The translations under genes and the position numbers were made by a program. DNA of 64,000 nucleotides from assembly GCA_041658665.1 (NCBI GenBank), contig JBAZZR010000002.1, positions 243,437 through 307,436 on the forward strand. Direction: 5' to 3'. Every line of letters begins with the position of its first letter. Position 1 is the stretch's first letter. Shown here piece by piece: positions 38,415 through 48,104 of this stretch. This stretch comes from Patescibacteria group bacterium. Its GTDB lineage: Bacteria; Patescibacteriota; Patescibacteriia; Patescibacteriales; UBA12465. Under the pieces are notes generated by a model. That model was not told the origin of the DNA. It saw only the letters and a list, made by a program, of their open reading frames with translations, and did not search any database.

Positions 38415-39815
38415 ATGAATAAACAGTTAGACAATAAATTACCTCTAGTAGCGATTTGTGGACGTACTAATGTCGGCAAATCGACGCTTTTTAATTGCCT
38501 AACAGAAAAAAGACAAGCTCTGGTTTCTGATATCCCCGGCACCACGAGAGATAGTAATTTAGGCCTAGTCGAGTGGGCTAATAGCGCCTTTAATTTAGTT
38601 GATACAGCCGGAATAATTGATAAGCGCTGTCTTCAGACGGATAGAATAACCGCCGAAGATATTGATAGCCAAACCCAGAAACAAGCCAGAGCTTATTTAG
38701 ACCAAGCCGATCTCATTATCCTTTTACTAGATAATAAAAGCGGCTTACTGCCCGAAGACAGACAGTTAGCTTTAGGCTTAAAACGCCAGAAAAATTTACA
38801 ACAAAAAACTATCATCGTGGCTAATAAAGTAGATAATTTTAAACAAGCCGGCGAAGCCGCCCAATTTAATAAATTAGGTTTAGGAGAGCCCTTAATAGTC
38901 TCCGCCGCAAGTGGCCTGGGTACCGGCGATCTTTTAGATTCTATTGTCAACCGGATTGATAAAAACCGAAAAAATGAGAAAAAAATAGTTGAAGAAGGCG
39001 ATGATAATATCCGGGTCTGTATTATCGGGAGACCTAATGTTGGGAAGTCATCCCTCCTCAACTCTATCCTCGGCTATGAAAGAGTAATCGTCAGTCCATT
39101 ACCTCATACCACGCGTGAACCACAAAACACCGAAATAAATTACCAAAATAAAAAAATCACTTTAATTGATACCGCGGGGATTTCTAAACAAGGTAAAAAG
39201 ACTAAAGGGTTAGAAAAATATGGAATTTTTAAGACTCTCGAATCGCTAGCTAAAGCGGATGTGGCTTTGTTAGTGCTCGATTTGAGCGAACCTATTAGCC
39301 ACCAAGATGCTAAGCTTATTCAAGAAATAGTGGAACGACAAAAAAGTTTAATTTTTATTGCTAATAAATGGGATAAAATAGAAATTCGTAACACGAAAAA
39401 ATGGACCGAAGTCATCTATGATAAATTGCCTTTTGTCGCCTGGGCGCCAATTCAATTTATTTCTGCTAAAACCGGAGAAAAAGTAAAAAAAATTCTAGAT
39501 TTAATAATTCTCACCGCCGAACAAAGACGTCTAAGCCTCAGTGATTCGCAAACTGATAAATTTATGAAAGCGGTTATTAAACTCCATAAACCGGCTAAAG
39601 GTAGCGGTTTAAAAGCCCCTCATATTTATGAGTTCCGCCAAATAAAAAGTAGCCCGCCCTCTTTTATCGTTCGCATTAGACCAGACGACGATCTTCATTT
39701 CTCTTATGTGCGTTTTTTAGAAAACCGTTTACGTGAACGCCACGGATTTATTGGTACACCAATAAAGATCAAGGTAACTAAAGACAAAAAATCACATACC
39801 ACCTATAATAATTAA
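38415..39815 (+). CDS. der: Ribosome biogenesis GTPase Der
   Basis: Two G domains (GRTNVGKS / GRPNVGKS, DTAG, NKxD) and KH-like tail. Confidence 0.96.
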   Translation: MNKQLDNKLPLVAICGRTNVGKSTLFNCLTEKRQALVSDIPGTTRDSNLGLVEWANSAFNLVDTAGIIDKRCLQTDRITAEDIDSQTQKQARAYLDQADLIILLLDNKSGLLPEDRQLALGLKRQKNLQQKTIIVANKVDNFKQAGEAAQFNKLGLGEPLIVSAASGLGTGDLLDSIVNRIDKNRKNEKKIVEEGDDNIRVCIIGRPNVGKSSLLNSILGYERVIVSPLPHTTREPQNTEINYQNKKITLIDTAGISKQGKKTKGLEKYGIFKTLESLAKADVALLVLDLSEPISHQDAKLIQEIVERQKSLIFIANKWDKIEIRNTKKWTEVIYDKLPFVAWAPIQFISAKTGEKVKKILDLIILTAEQRRLSLSDSQTDKFMKAVIKLHKPAKGSGLKAPHIYEFRQIKSSPPSFIVRIRPDDDLHFSYVRFLENRLRERHGFIGTPIKIKVTKDKKSHTTYNN

Positions 39816-39819
39816 ACCT

Positions 39820-40362
39820 ATGAAAATTATTGTCGGCCTCGGTAATCCGGGTAACCAATATCAAAACACCCGCCATAATATCGGCTGGCTCGCTTTAGAT
39901 AATATTCTCGGCCCAGTCCGTTGGACGGAAAATAAAAAATTCTCGGCCCTAATCTATGAAGAGGGCGAATTTTTATTTGTTAAACCCCTTACCTTCATGA
40001 ATAACTCCGGGCAAAGTGTGCAAAAAATACTAGATTACTATAAATTAAGACCAAAAATCTTAGGCGTTCTTAATAAAAAAGAAATAGACTTAAACGATGT
40101 TTTAACCGTTGTCCAAGATGATTTGGATTTAAATTTTGGCGACTATCGTATCGCTTCTAACTCTAGTAGTGCCGGACACCGCGGCGTCCAATCAATCATT
40201 GATTATTTAAAAACCAAAAAATTCAAACGCTTCCGCCTCGGCATAAAAAACGAACTGCTCAAGACCAATATCCCGCCCGACCAATTCGTGACTCAAGCTT
40301 TCAGCGCCGAAGAACAGAAAAAATTACCCGCCCTCTTTGCTCAATTAAATATAAAAAACTAA
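39820..40362 (+). CDS. pth: Peptidyl-tRNA hydrolase
   Basis: 'IVGLGNPG..Y..TRHNIG', 'KP.TFMN.SG', 'DDLDL', 'GH.G'. Confidence 0.95.
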   Translation: MKIIVGLGNPGNQYQNTRHNIGWLALDNILGPVRWTENKKFSALIYEEGEFLFVKPLTFMNNSGQSVQKILDYYKLRPKILGVLNKKEIDLNDVLTVVQDDLDLNFGDYRIASNSSSAGHRGVQSIIDYLKTKKFKRFRLGIKNELLKTNIPPDQFVTQAFSAEEQKKLPALFAQLNIKN

Positions 40363-40410
40363 CTCTAACATAAAATCCTCCTAAAAAATTTAGGAGGATT
40401 TTATTTTTAT

Positions 40411-41598
40411 ATGATAATCGCTAATAAAAATACGCCACTTCAAGCGACCCCGGATTGCTCCGATACTATTTACTATTTAGCCTTCAGTTATTTTCCCGCT
40501 ATCGGACCGGTCACCATCCTGAAGTTAAAAAATCATTTTGCTAATTTACAAGAAGCTTTCTACTCGTCTGGCCACGAGCTAAAAATAGCCGGATTGAAAG
40601 AATCTGTAACTAGCGATTTTTGCTATTGGCGACGAACCTTCGACTTAAATCAAAAATTATCTGATTTAAAGAAAGAGGGAATTAATTACGTAGGTTTAGG
40701 TGATCATGCTTATCCCGCTATCTTAAAAAATATTGCCGATCCGCCTATTATTTTATATTATAAGGGCAGCCTTTCTTCTGAACTAAAAAATCGTTTAGCG
40801 GTAGTTGGTTCGAGAACTCCTAGCGCCTATGCGGAAAAAATAATTAACTCGCTCTTGCCGCCGCTCATTAAAGCTAAGATCGAAATAATTAGTGGTTTAG
40901 CAATTGGCACCGATACTCTCGCCCATCAAACTAGTCTGAATTACCAGGGGCTAACCTCGGCCGTACTAGGCTCAGGGCTTAGTTCTAGAAATATCTATCC
41001 AGCTAGTAATCAGAAATTAGCTCAACAAATTATCGCCCAAGGAGGGGCAATAATTTCCGAATTTCCGCCCGACATGCCGCCGTTAAAACAGAATTTTCCG
41101 AGACGCAATCGCCTGATTTCTGGCCTCACGCAAGCTACCTTGATCATCGAAGCTAAAGCTCGATCAGGGACACTTATTACGGCTCATTATGCCTTAGAAC
41201 AGGGACGCGAAGTCTTAGCCGCTCCTGGTAATATTTTTTCTTTAACTTCCGAAGGAACCAATAATCTAATCAAGGAGGGGGCTAGCCCAGTAACTAGAGC
41301 CCAAGATATTTTAGAAATATTTAAGTTGGAAGATACTCTCGATCAAGATAAAGATTTGCCTGACCGACAAGAAATGAAATCTCATACCGCAATCAATAGA
41401 AATAACCAATTTGCTAACGCCACCGAACGCTTAATTTATAATATAATCAGTCGATCGTCTGAGCGGGCGGAAACTATTTGCCCCGATGAAATTATTAAAA
41501 AAACAAAACTTAATACTTCAGTAGTTAATAGTTCCCTGAGTCTGCTAGAAATTAAAGGACTTGTTAAAAATACCGAATCCGGCTATGATTTAAATTAA
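40411..41598 (+). CDS. dprA: DNA-processing protein DprA
   Basis: 'AVVGSR', 'ISGLA.G.D..AH', 'FP.RNR.ISG', 'EA...SG.LITA..ALEQGR'. Confidence 0.95.
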   Translation: MIIANKNTPLQATPDCSDTIYYLAFSYFPAIGPVTILKLKNHFANLQEAFYSSGHELKIAGLKESVTSDFCYWRRTFDLNQKLSDLKKEGINYVGLGDHAYPAILKNIADPPIILYYKGSLSSELKNRLAVVGSRTPSAYAEKIINSLLPPLIKAKIEIISGLAIGTDTLAHQTSLNYQGLTSAVLGSGLSSRNIYPASNQKLAQQIIAQGGAIISEFPPDMPPLKQNFPRRNRLISGLTQATLIIEAKARSGTLITAHYALEQGREVLAAPGNIFSLTSEGTNNLIKEGASPVTRAQDILEIFKLEDTLDQDKDLPDRQEMKSHTAINRNNQFANATERLIYNIISRSSERAETICPDEIIKKTKLNTSVVNSSLSLLEIKGLVKNTESGYDLN

Positions 41599-41609
41599 AT
41601 TATCAATTT

Positions 41610-43838
41610 ATGAGCCTCATCATCGTCGAATCGCCTACCAAGGCTAAAACTATCAGTAAATTCCTAGATAAAAAATATCAGGTCGAATCTTCATTCGGCC
41701 ATATTCGAGATCTGCCAAAAAGTGAAATGGGGATTGATATTGAAAAAGACTTTACCCCGCGCTATATCATCCCCACTAAAGCAAAAAAAATAGTTTCCGC
41801 TCTTAAGGCGGCAGCCAAAAAAACCGACGAAGTAATTCTGGCCTCTGATGAAGACCGCGAAGGAGAAGCCATTGCTTGGCATTTAGCTCAGGCTCTCGGG
41901 CTAAAAGAAGATAAAATAAAAAGGATTGCTTTTCACGAAATAACCAAAGGAGCAATTTTAGCCGCTTTAAAAAATCCCCGTCCCATTGACTATAATATGG
42001 TCGACGCCCAACAAGCGCGTCGTATCTTAGACCGCTTAGTTGGCTACGAGCTGTCTCCTTTTCTTTGGAAAAAAGTCGCTAAAGGCCTATCGGCCGGCCG
42101 AGTGCAAAGCGTCGCCACTCGACTTATTGTCGAGAGAGAAAAAGAAATTAAAAATTTCATTAGCGAGGAATACTGGACGATATCCGCCGCCCTCGCCGAA
42201 AATAAAAAAACGGAAGTATTTCAAGCCGACCTTTATAAAATCAATAAAAAAACCTTCAATAAACTTAGCCTGAAAAAAGACCAAGCCGCGGAGTTAAAAG
42301 AGAGTCTGTCCTCCGCTGAATATCAAATACAAAAAATAGAAGATAAACAAATCCATAAAAATTCATCAGCCCCTTTCACTACTTCGACTCTTCAACAATC
42401 GGCTAACCGCCATCTGGGTTTCAGCGCCAAACAAACGATGTCAGTCGCCCAAAAATTATACGAACAGGGCTATATTACCTACATGCGTACCGACGCGCTT
42501 AATCTTTCCCCCAAATTTATTCAAGAAACTCAAATTTGGCTAGATAAAAATCTAGGAAAAGACTATACTCTAGAGGGTGGACGCGCTTTTAAAAATAAAA
42601 ATAAAAATGCCCAAGAAGCTCACGAAGCTATTCGTCCGACAGAGGTCAATATCACGCCAGAGGACCTTAGTAGTAAACTAGACAAAAACCAAGAGCGTTT
42701 ATATCGTCTAATCTGGCAGAGAGCGGTGGCCAGCCAGATGCCAGCCGCCAAATTAGCCGCCACAGTAATCGACGTCAGCGCTACTCAAAACTCGACGGAA
42801 TACATCTTCCGCGCTAATGGACAAACTCTACTCTTTCCTGGCTATCTAAAAATATGGCCAGAAAAAACTAAAGAACAAATATTACCAAAACTCTCAGAAG
42901 GACAAAAATTAGAATTAATAGCCATCCGTAGCGAAGTCCATACCACTAATCCTCCCGCCCGTTATTCCGACGCCAGCTTAGTAAAAGAATTAGAAAAATA
43001 CGGTATCGGCCGCCCTTCTACTTATGCCCCGACTATTAATACGATTATTGTTCGCAACTACGCCAGTCGGGATGAAAATAAAAAATTAAAACCTAGTGAC
43101 ATTGCCTTCGTCGTCACGGATTTATTAATTAAACATTTTCCCGAAATAGTCGATTATAGTTTTACCGCTAAAATGGAAGATAATTTAGATCTTATTGCGA
43201 CGGGCGAAAAAAAATGGCAACCGGTCATCAGAGATTTTTACGAGGGGTTCCATCACAATTTAACTAATAAATACGAAGAAATTAAAAAAAGCGATATTAT
43301 GCCCGAAGAACAATCAAACGAAATTTGTGACAAATGCGGCGCTAAAATGGTTGTTAAAACCGGCCGCTACGGTAAATTTTTGGCTTGCAGCGCCTTTCCA
43401 GATTGCCGTAACATAAAAAAAGTAGCCGGCGAGAATGGGGAATACGCCCAGAAAGAAGCTGATCCTAAAACTCAGGAATTAGAAAAAAAATATGCAGGAG
43501 AAATTTGTGACAAATGCGGGTCAGCTATGAAAGTAAAAACTGGTAAATTCGGACCGTTTTTAGCTTGTTCCGCTTATCCGAAATGTAAAAACATTAAAAA
43601 CATTAATCAGTCAGGCAGTGGGAAAGAAGTCGCTTGTCCGGCCTGTGGCGAGGGGAAAATAGTCAAAAAATTCAGTCGCCGAGGAGTTTTCTATGCTTGT
43701 AGTGCTTATCCGAAATGTAAAAATGCTTATTGGGGCGAACCAACGGGAGAAAAATGCCCTCATTGCCAATCGCTTTTAGTCACTGATAAAAGCGGCGAAA
43801 TAAAATGCAGTGATAAGAGCTGCGGCTATAGTAAATAA
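41610..43838 (+). CDS. topA: DNA topoisomerase I with C-terminal zinc ribbons
   Basis: 'IVESPTKAKTI', 'D.DREGEAI', 'SAGRVQS', 'ITYMRTD', 'GIGRPSTYA', repeated CxxC ribbons. Confidence 0.97.
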   Translation: MSLIIVESPTKAKTISKFLDKKYQVESSFGHIRDLPKSEMGIDIEKDFTPRYIIPTKAKKIVSALKAAAKKTDEVILASDEDREGEAIAWHLAQALGLKEDKIKRIAFHEITKGAILAALKNPRPIDYNMVDAQQARRILDRLVGYELSPFLWKKVAKGLSAGRVQSVATRLIVEREKEIKNFISEEYWTISAALAENKKTEVFQADLYKINKKTFNKLSLKKDQAAELKESLSSAEYQIQKIEDKQIHKNSSAPFTTSTLQQSANRHLGFSAKQTMSVAQKLYEQGYITYMRTDALNLSPKFIQETQIWLDKNLGKDYTLEGGRAFKNKNKNAQEAHEAIRPTEVNITPEDLSSKLDKNQERLYRLIWQRAVASQMPAAKLAATVIDVSATQNSTEYIFRANGQTLLFPGYLKIWPEKTKEQILPKLSEGQKLELIAIRSEVHTTNPPARYSDASLVKELEKYGIGRPSTYAPTINTIIVRNYASRDENKKLKPSDIAFVVTDLLIKHFPEIVDYSFTAKMEDNLDLIATGEKKWQPVIRDFYEGFHHNLTNKYEEIKKSDIMPEEQSNEICDKCGAKMVVKTGRYGKFLACSAFPDCRNIKKVAGENGEYAQKEADPKTQELEKKYAGEICDKCGSAMKVKTGKFGPFLACSAYPKCKNIKNINQSGSGKEVACPACGEGKIVKKFSRRGVFYACSAYPKCKNAYWGEPTGEKCPHCQSLLVTDKSGEIKCSDKSCGYSK

Positions 43839-43851
43839 CCGACCCTCCAAT

Positions 43852-43882
43852 TAAAAAAACTATTCAACTAGAATAGTTTTTT
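43852..43882. terminator. Bidirectional terminator
   Basis: AAAAAAACTATTC-aacta-GAATAGTTTTTTT. Confidence 0.7.
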
Positions 43883-43907
43883 TAATTTTAAACAGTTTAA
43901 GCAAAAA

Positions 43908-44204
43908 CTATTTTTTCTTACTGGTAGTCGTTTTTTTCTCTCGCTTTTCTTTAACAAACTCCATGGCCTTTTTCGCGATCTCCCCTAAAATCATAAAATA
44001 AGCGGCACTATTCTTTAATTTATCTTTAGCAATATCAAGGATCTCTTCCGCTTTAGTCACGCCCGCTTCAATTCGTTTAACTAACCGAAAAATTCGTTGC
44101 ACGCTGGCCACGAAATAATAAATCGCCCAACATAGGAAAAAAGTAAGCGCGACCAAACAAACGGACAGTACTAAATTTAAAACATCGCTCGAAGTAGTAA
44201 ACAT
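43908..44204 (-). CDS. Hypothetical single-TM protein with coiled coil
   Basis: N-terminal TM helix, helical charged tail; follows pheT. Confidence 0.6.
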   Translation of the reverse strand: MFTTSSDVLNLVLSVCLVALTFFLCWAIYYFVASVQRIFRLVKRIEAGVTKAEEILDIAKDKLKNSAAYFMILGEIAKKAMEFVKEKREKKTTTSKKK

Positions 44205-44240
44205 ATATTTAGAATATTTTTATATTAATTGTGTTAACTT

Positions 44241-46670
44241 TTAAAAATCCCGCAATTGCGCCGCAAATTTTCGACTTAAATGACTAATTAATTCCTGCTG
44301 AATTTTATCAACTTCCCCAGCAGTTAAAGTTTTCTCCTCTGACTGAAAAATTAAATGGAAAGCCAAGCTCTTCTGTCCACTAGTTAATCGACTACCGTTA
44401 TAAACATCGAATAATTCCACATCCTTAATCAACGGATGAAAATTGGCGATATCTTTTCTTAAATCATTATACAATATTTTATCATTAACGACAAAAGCTA
44501 AGTCGCGACTGAGCGCCGGATATTTGGCCGCTTCCCGAAAACGAAAAGATGATAATTTAGTAATTAAATCAAATAACCGACTGAAGTTAATTTCCGCGAG
44601 AACGACTTTCTTCTTCAAATTCATATTACTAGCCACTATGGGATTTAAAAGGGCCAATTGACCGATTTCTTGATCAAGAAAAATAATACCAGCGGTCATT
44701 TGCTCATCCGCCCAACCCGGTTTATTATCGATAACAATGAAACTAACCTCTAAGTTATAATTAGTGATAGTTTGTAGTAACCCCTTCACAATTCCCTTTA
44801 AATGACTAAATAAATCGCGTTCATCACTTGACCAAGCTAATCCTAAATGTTTTTCTTGATGGGGTAGAGAGCTATCATTAGTTTCATCTTTTTTAAGACC
44901 ACCGGGAGAACCAAAAAAAACGTTACCGATTTCAAAAAATCCTAAATTAATATTGCGTGCCTGATTGGTTTTAATATTTGTTAATAACCCCGGGACTAAA
45001 GATTGACGTAGTAAAGATTGGAAATCCGAAAGAGGATTAACTAATCTAAGATAATGAGAGAAATCAATTTGATTTTTTTTGAGTTGTTCCTCCCCGACAA
45101 AAGAATAGTTATAAACCTCATTTAAATCATATTTAAAAGCTAAAACGTTTTTGATTTTTCGCTCTAGTTGTCGCTCTTGATTCGCGGCCGGAATACTCAA
45201 CACTTGGACGGGCATTTTTGATGCAATATTGCTATAACCATAAAAACGTAAAACTTCTTCAACTAAATCTTCACGTGTTCTAATATCTTTAGTCGCTCGC
45301 CAAGAAGGAATAGTTATTCGAAGAATCTCGGCTTGACAATCTTGAACCTTAAAACCTAATTTGTCGAAAATACTCAGAATCTGCTCTCGAGGAATTTCTT
45401 GACCAATTTTAAGAGCCAACCAATTCAGCGCTAAATCAATTTCTAAAATACTCGGCGGAATATTATTAATATCGACTAAATTGCTCGCTATTTGAAAATC
45501 CGGGCAAACATCTTTTAATAAAAATATGAATCTTTTAATCGCGAGTTCGGTTAAAATCGGATCTAATGACTTCTCAAAACGGCTAGAGGCTTCCGAACGT
45601 AAAGCTAATTTCTGACTAGTTTTACGAATGGCGGTCGCCTTAAAATTAGCTGACTCTAAAATAATTTCTTTAGTTTCTAAACGAACTTCACTGGCCACTC
45701 CGCCCATAATACCGGCCAGCGCTACCGCTCCGTGACTACTAGCAATAACTAAATCCTCGTCACTTAGAAGACGCTCTCGACCGTCTAAAGTCTCCAAGCT
45801 TTCCCCTGGAGCGGCGCGCCGCACTATTATTTTATCAACTCTAGCGGCGTCAAAAGCATGGAGGGGTTGGCCGATATCTAACATAACATAATTAGTCAAA
45901 TCGACAATATTATTAATTGGCCTCTGCCCGACAGCGATGAGGCGTTGTTTGAGCCAAGCCGGAGAATCCTTCACCACGATATTACTTATTTTAATGGCGC
46001 TATAACGAGGACATAAATCTTTATCTTCAATTTTAACCTCTAATTCTTTTTTAGGCCCACTCACCGCAATAATTTTAGCTAAAAATTTTTCAAATGGTTT
46101 TAAACTAACCCCTAAAATGACCGATAATTCCCGGGCTATCCCATAATGGCATAACAAATCCGGCCGATTAGACAAGGATTTATTATCAACCTCAAAAATA
46201 ATATCATCCGCTTTTAAATATTTGGCGAAAGAGGCTCCGATTTTAGCGTCGGCGCCCAGAACTATAATTCCTTCATGGTTTTTTCCCAAACCAAGTTCAT
46301 CTTCCGCACAAATCATTCCGCCCGATTTCTCGCCTCGAATTTCCGACTCTTTAATTTCTAAACCATTTGGCAACACGGCTCCTATTAAAGCGACTGGCAC
46401 TAATTGTCCAACGGCGAGATTAGGAGCGCCACAAACAATCCGCAGTTTTTCTTTTTTCACATCAACGAGGGCCAAACGTAAACGATCAGCATTAGGATGT
46501 TTACTGACCTCTAAAACCTGTCCGATCACTACTCGATTAAATTGGTCGGCCTGTCGATTAACCCCCTCCACTTCGACGGTTTGATTGGTTAATTGAGCAG
46601 CCAGCTCTTCCGGACTTAATTTAGCCGGTACTTTGATAAAATCTTTTAACCAATTATAGGAAATATACAT
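44241..46670 (-). CDS. pheT: Phenylalanine--tRNA ligase beta subunit
   Basis: 'HPNADRL', 'IVCGAPN', 'NRPDL', 'GQPLHAFD', 'RDLAF', 'KSLAF'. Confidence 0.97.
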   Translation of the reverse strand: MYISYNWLKDFIKVPAKLSPEELAAQLTNQTVEVEGVNRQADQFNRVVIGQVLEVSKHPNADRLRLALVDVKKEKLRIVCGAPNLAVGQLVPVALIGAVLPNGLEIKESEIRGEKSGGMICAEDELGLGKNHEGIIVLGADAKIGASFAKYLKADDIIFEVDNKSLSNRPDLLCHYGIARELSVILGVSLKPFEKFLAKIIAVSGPKKELEVKIEDKDLCPRYSAIKISNIVVKDSPAWLKQRLIAVGQRPINNIVDLTNYVMLDIGQPLHAFDAARVDKIIVRRAAPGESLETLDGRERLLSDEDLVIASSHGAVALAGIMGGVASEVRLETKEIILESANFKATAIRKTSQKLALRSEASSRFEKSLDPILTELAIKRFIFLLKDVCPDFQIASNLVDINNIPPSILEIDLALNWLALKIGQEIPREQILSIFDKLGFKVQDCQAEILRITIPSWRATKDIRTREDLVEEVLRFYGYSNIASKMPVQVLSIPAANQERQLERKIKNVLAFKYDLNEVYNYSFVGEEQLKKNQIDFSHYLRLVNPLSDFQSLLRQSLVPGLLTNIKTNQARNINLGFFEIGNVFFGSPGGLKKDETNDSSLPHQEKHLGLAWSSDERDLFSHLKGIVKGLLQTITNYNLEVSFIVIDNKPGWADEQMTAGIIFLDQEIGQLALLNPIVASNMNLKKKVVLAEINFSRLFDLITKLSSFRFREAAKYPALSRDLAFVVNDKILYNDLRKDIANFHPLIKDVELFDVYNGSRLTSGQKSLAFHLIFQSEEKTLTAGEVDKIQQELISHLSRKFAAQLRDF

Positions 46671-46679
46671 ATAAAAAAA

Positions 46680-47720
46680 TTAAAATTGTTCTAAGAATTT
46701 AAGATCACCACTATTAAACAGGCGAATATCATTGATATTATATTTAAGCATAGCTAAACGATTCAAACCGAAACCAAAAGCTAATCCCGAATAAACATTA
46801 GGATCAATCCCCCCCGCTCTTAAGACCTCGGGGTGGACCAAACCCGCTCCTACAATTTCTAACCAACCGCTATATTTACAAACGCGGCAGCCCTGACCGG
46901 CACATAAAAAACAACTATATTCTCCATTATTTCCTGGTTCGACAAAAGGATAATACTTCGGTCGCATACGTAACTTAGTACTAGGACCAAATAATTTCTG
47001 GCCCACAATTTCTAATAAGTTTTTTAAATTCGCGAAATTAATATCCTTATCGACCACTAAACCCTCTAATTGATAAAAAGTATGCTCGTGACGAGCATCA
47101 GTCGCCTCGTTACGAAAACAGCGTCCCGGGATAATCACTTTTAGTGGCGCACCATATTTTTGCATAGTACGAATTTGCACTGGGGAAGTATGAGGCCGCA
47201 TGACTAAATCATATTGTTTGTTTCTATTAGGTAAATCGACGTAAAAAGTATCCTGCATATCGCGAGCTGGGTGATAAGGGGGAATATTCAAAGCCGTAAA
47301 ACTAAAATAGTCACTTTCTAATTCTGGACCATCGGCCACCATAAACCCTAGAGAACTAAACAAATCCTCTAACTCGCTCTGGATAATAGTAATCGGGTTT
47401 AAATGCCCACTAGCCAAATTTTCTCCCGGTAAAGTAACGTCAACCGATTCTTTTTTAGTCGAATAATTATTAAGTTTCTGACTAACCTCCAAAAATTTTT
47501 CCTGTAATTCACCTTTAATACTATTAGCTAACTCACCAACCTCTTGACGCAACTCGAGACTAAGATCTTTTAAGCCGTGTAAAACCTGACTGAGTTCGCC
47601 TTTACGAGATAAATATTTTATCTCCAATTCACGCAAATATTCATTATCTTGGACTCGAGCGAGCTGTTGCAAAAATTCTTCCCGTAATTTATTTAATTTA
47701 TCTTTCATATATTTAACCAA
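46680..47720 (-). CDS. pheS: Phenylalanine--tRNA ligase alpha subunit (start probably 47708)
   Basis: 'HPARDMQDTFY', 'HTSPVQ', 'F.Q.EGL', 'YPFVEP', 'AFG.G..RLAM'. Confidence 0.97.
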   Translation of the reverse strand: MVKYMKDKLNKLREEFLQQLARVQDNEYLRELEIKYLSRKGELSQVLHGLKDLSLELRQEVGELANSIKGELQEKFLEVSQKLNNYSTKKESVDVTLPGENLASGHLNPITIIQSELEDLFSSLGFMVADGPELESDYFSFTALNIPPYHPARDMQDTFYVDLPNRNKQYDLVMRPHTSPVQIRTMQKYGAPLKVIIPGRCFRNEATDARHEHTFYQLEGLVVDKDINFANLKNLLEIVGQKLFGPSTKLRMRPKYYPFVEPGNNGEYSCFLCAGQGCRVCKYSGWLEIVGAGLVHPEVLRAGGIDPNVYSGLAFGFGLNRLAMLKYNINDIRLFNSGDLKFLEQF

Positions 47721-47723
47721 CTA

Positions 47724-48104
47724 TTAAGAAGTTTTTTTCAAGCTTATTAAAAATAACTCTAAAATCGTAAAAATAATTAGCAACAACCCGAGATTAAGCC
47801 AAGTAAATAAAGACTGGGACTTTAAAATTAAAAGAATAATAATAAAACAAGAAAACAGAAATGATTGACGAAAAGAATTCCGTACTAAATTAAAGGCTAA
47901 TTCTTTTTTCAGAGCCACAAAACGCAACACGAATCCCAAGAGAGCGACCGTGCCGACTAAAGCGATAAATAAGGCGGCATAAAATAGAAAAAAACCTAAC
48001 CAATTCGTAGTATCGGGATTAACTAAGTCGGCCACAAACAGAAATACTCCCCAACAAATAATGGTTAGTCCGCCCATAACTAATAAATATTTCTTTAAAG
48101 TCAT
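47724..48104 (-). CDS. Hypothetical membrane protein (about 4 TM)
   Basis: Hydrophobic helices; overlaps the valS stop. Confidence 0.6.
   Translation of the reverse strand: MTLKKYLLVMGGLTIICWGVFLFVADLVNPDTTNWLGFFLFYAALFIALVGTVALLGFVLRFVALKKELAFNLVRNSFRQSFLFSCFIIILLILKSQSLFTWLNLGLLLIIFTILELFLISLKKTS

Noticed and set aside
43320-43519. 20-bp direct repeat GAAATTTGTGACAAATGCGG at 43320 and 43500
   Set aside because: Explained by duplicated zinc-ribbon modules in TopA; not CRISPR or a DGR
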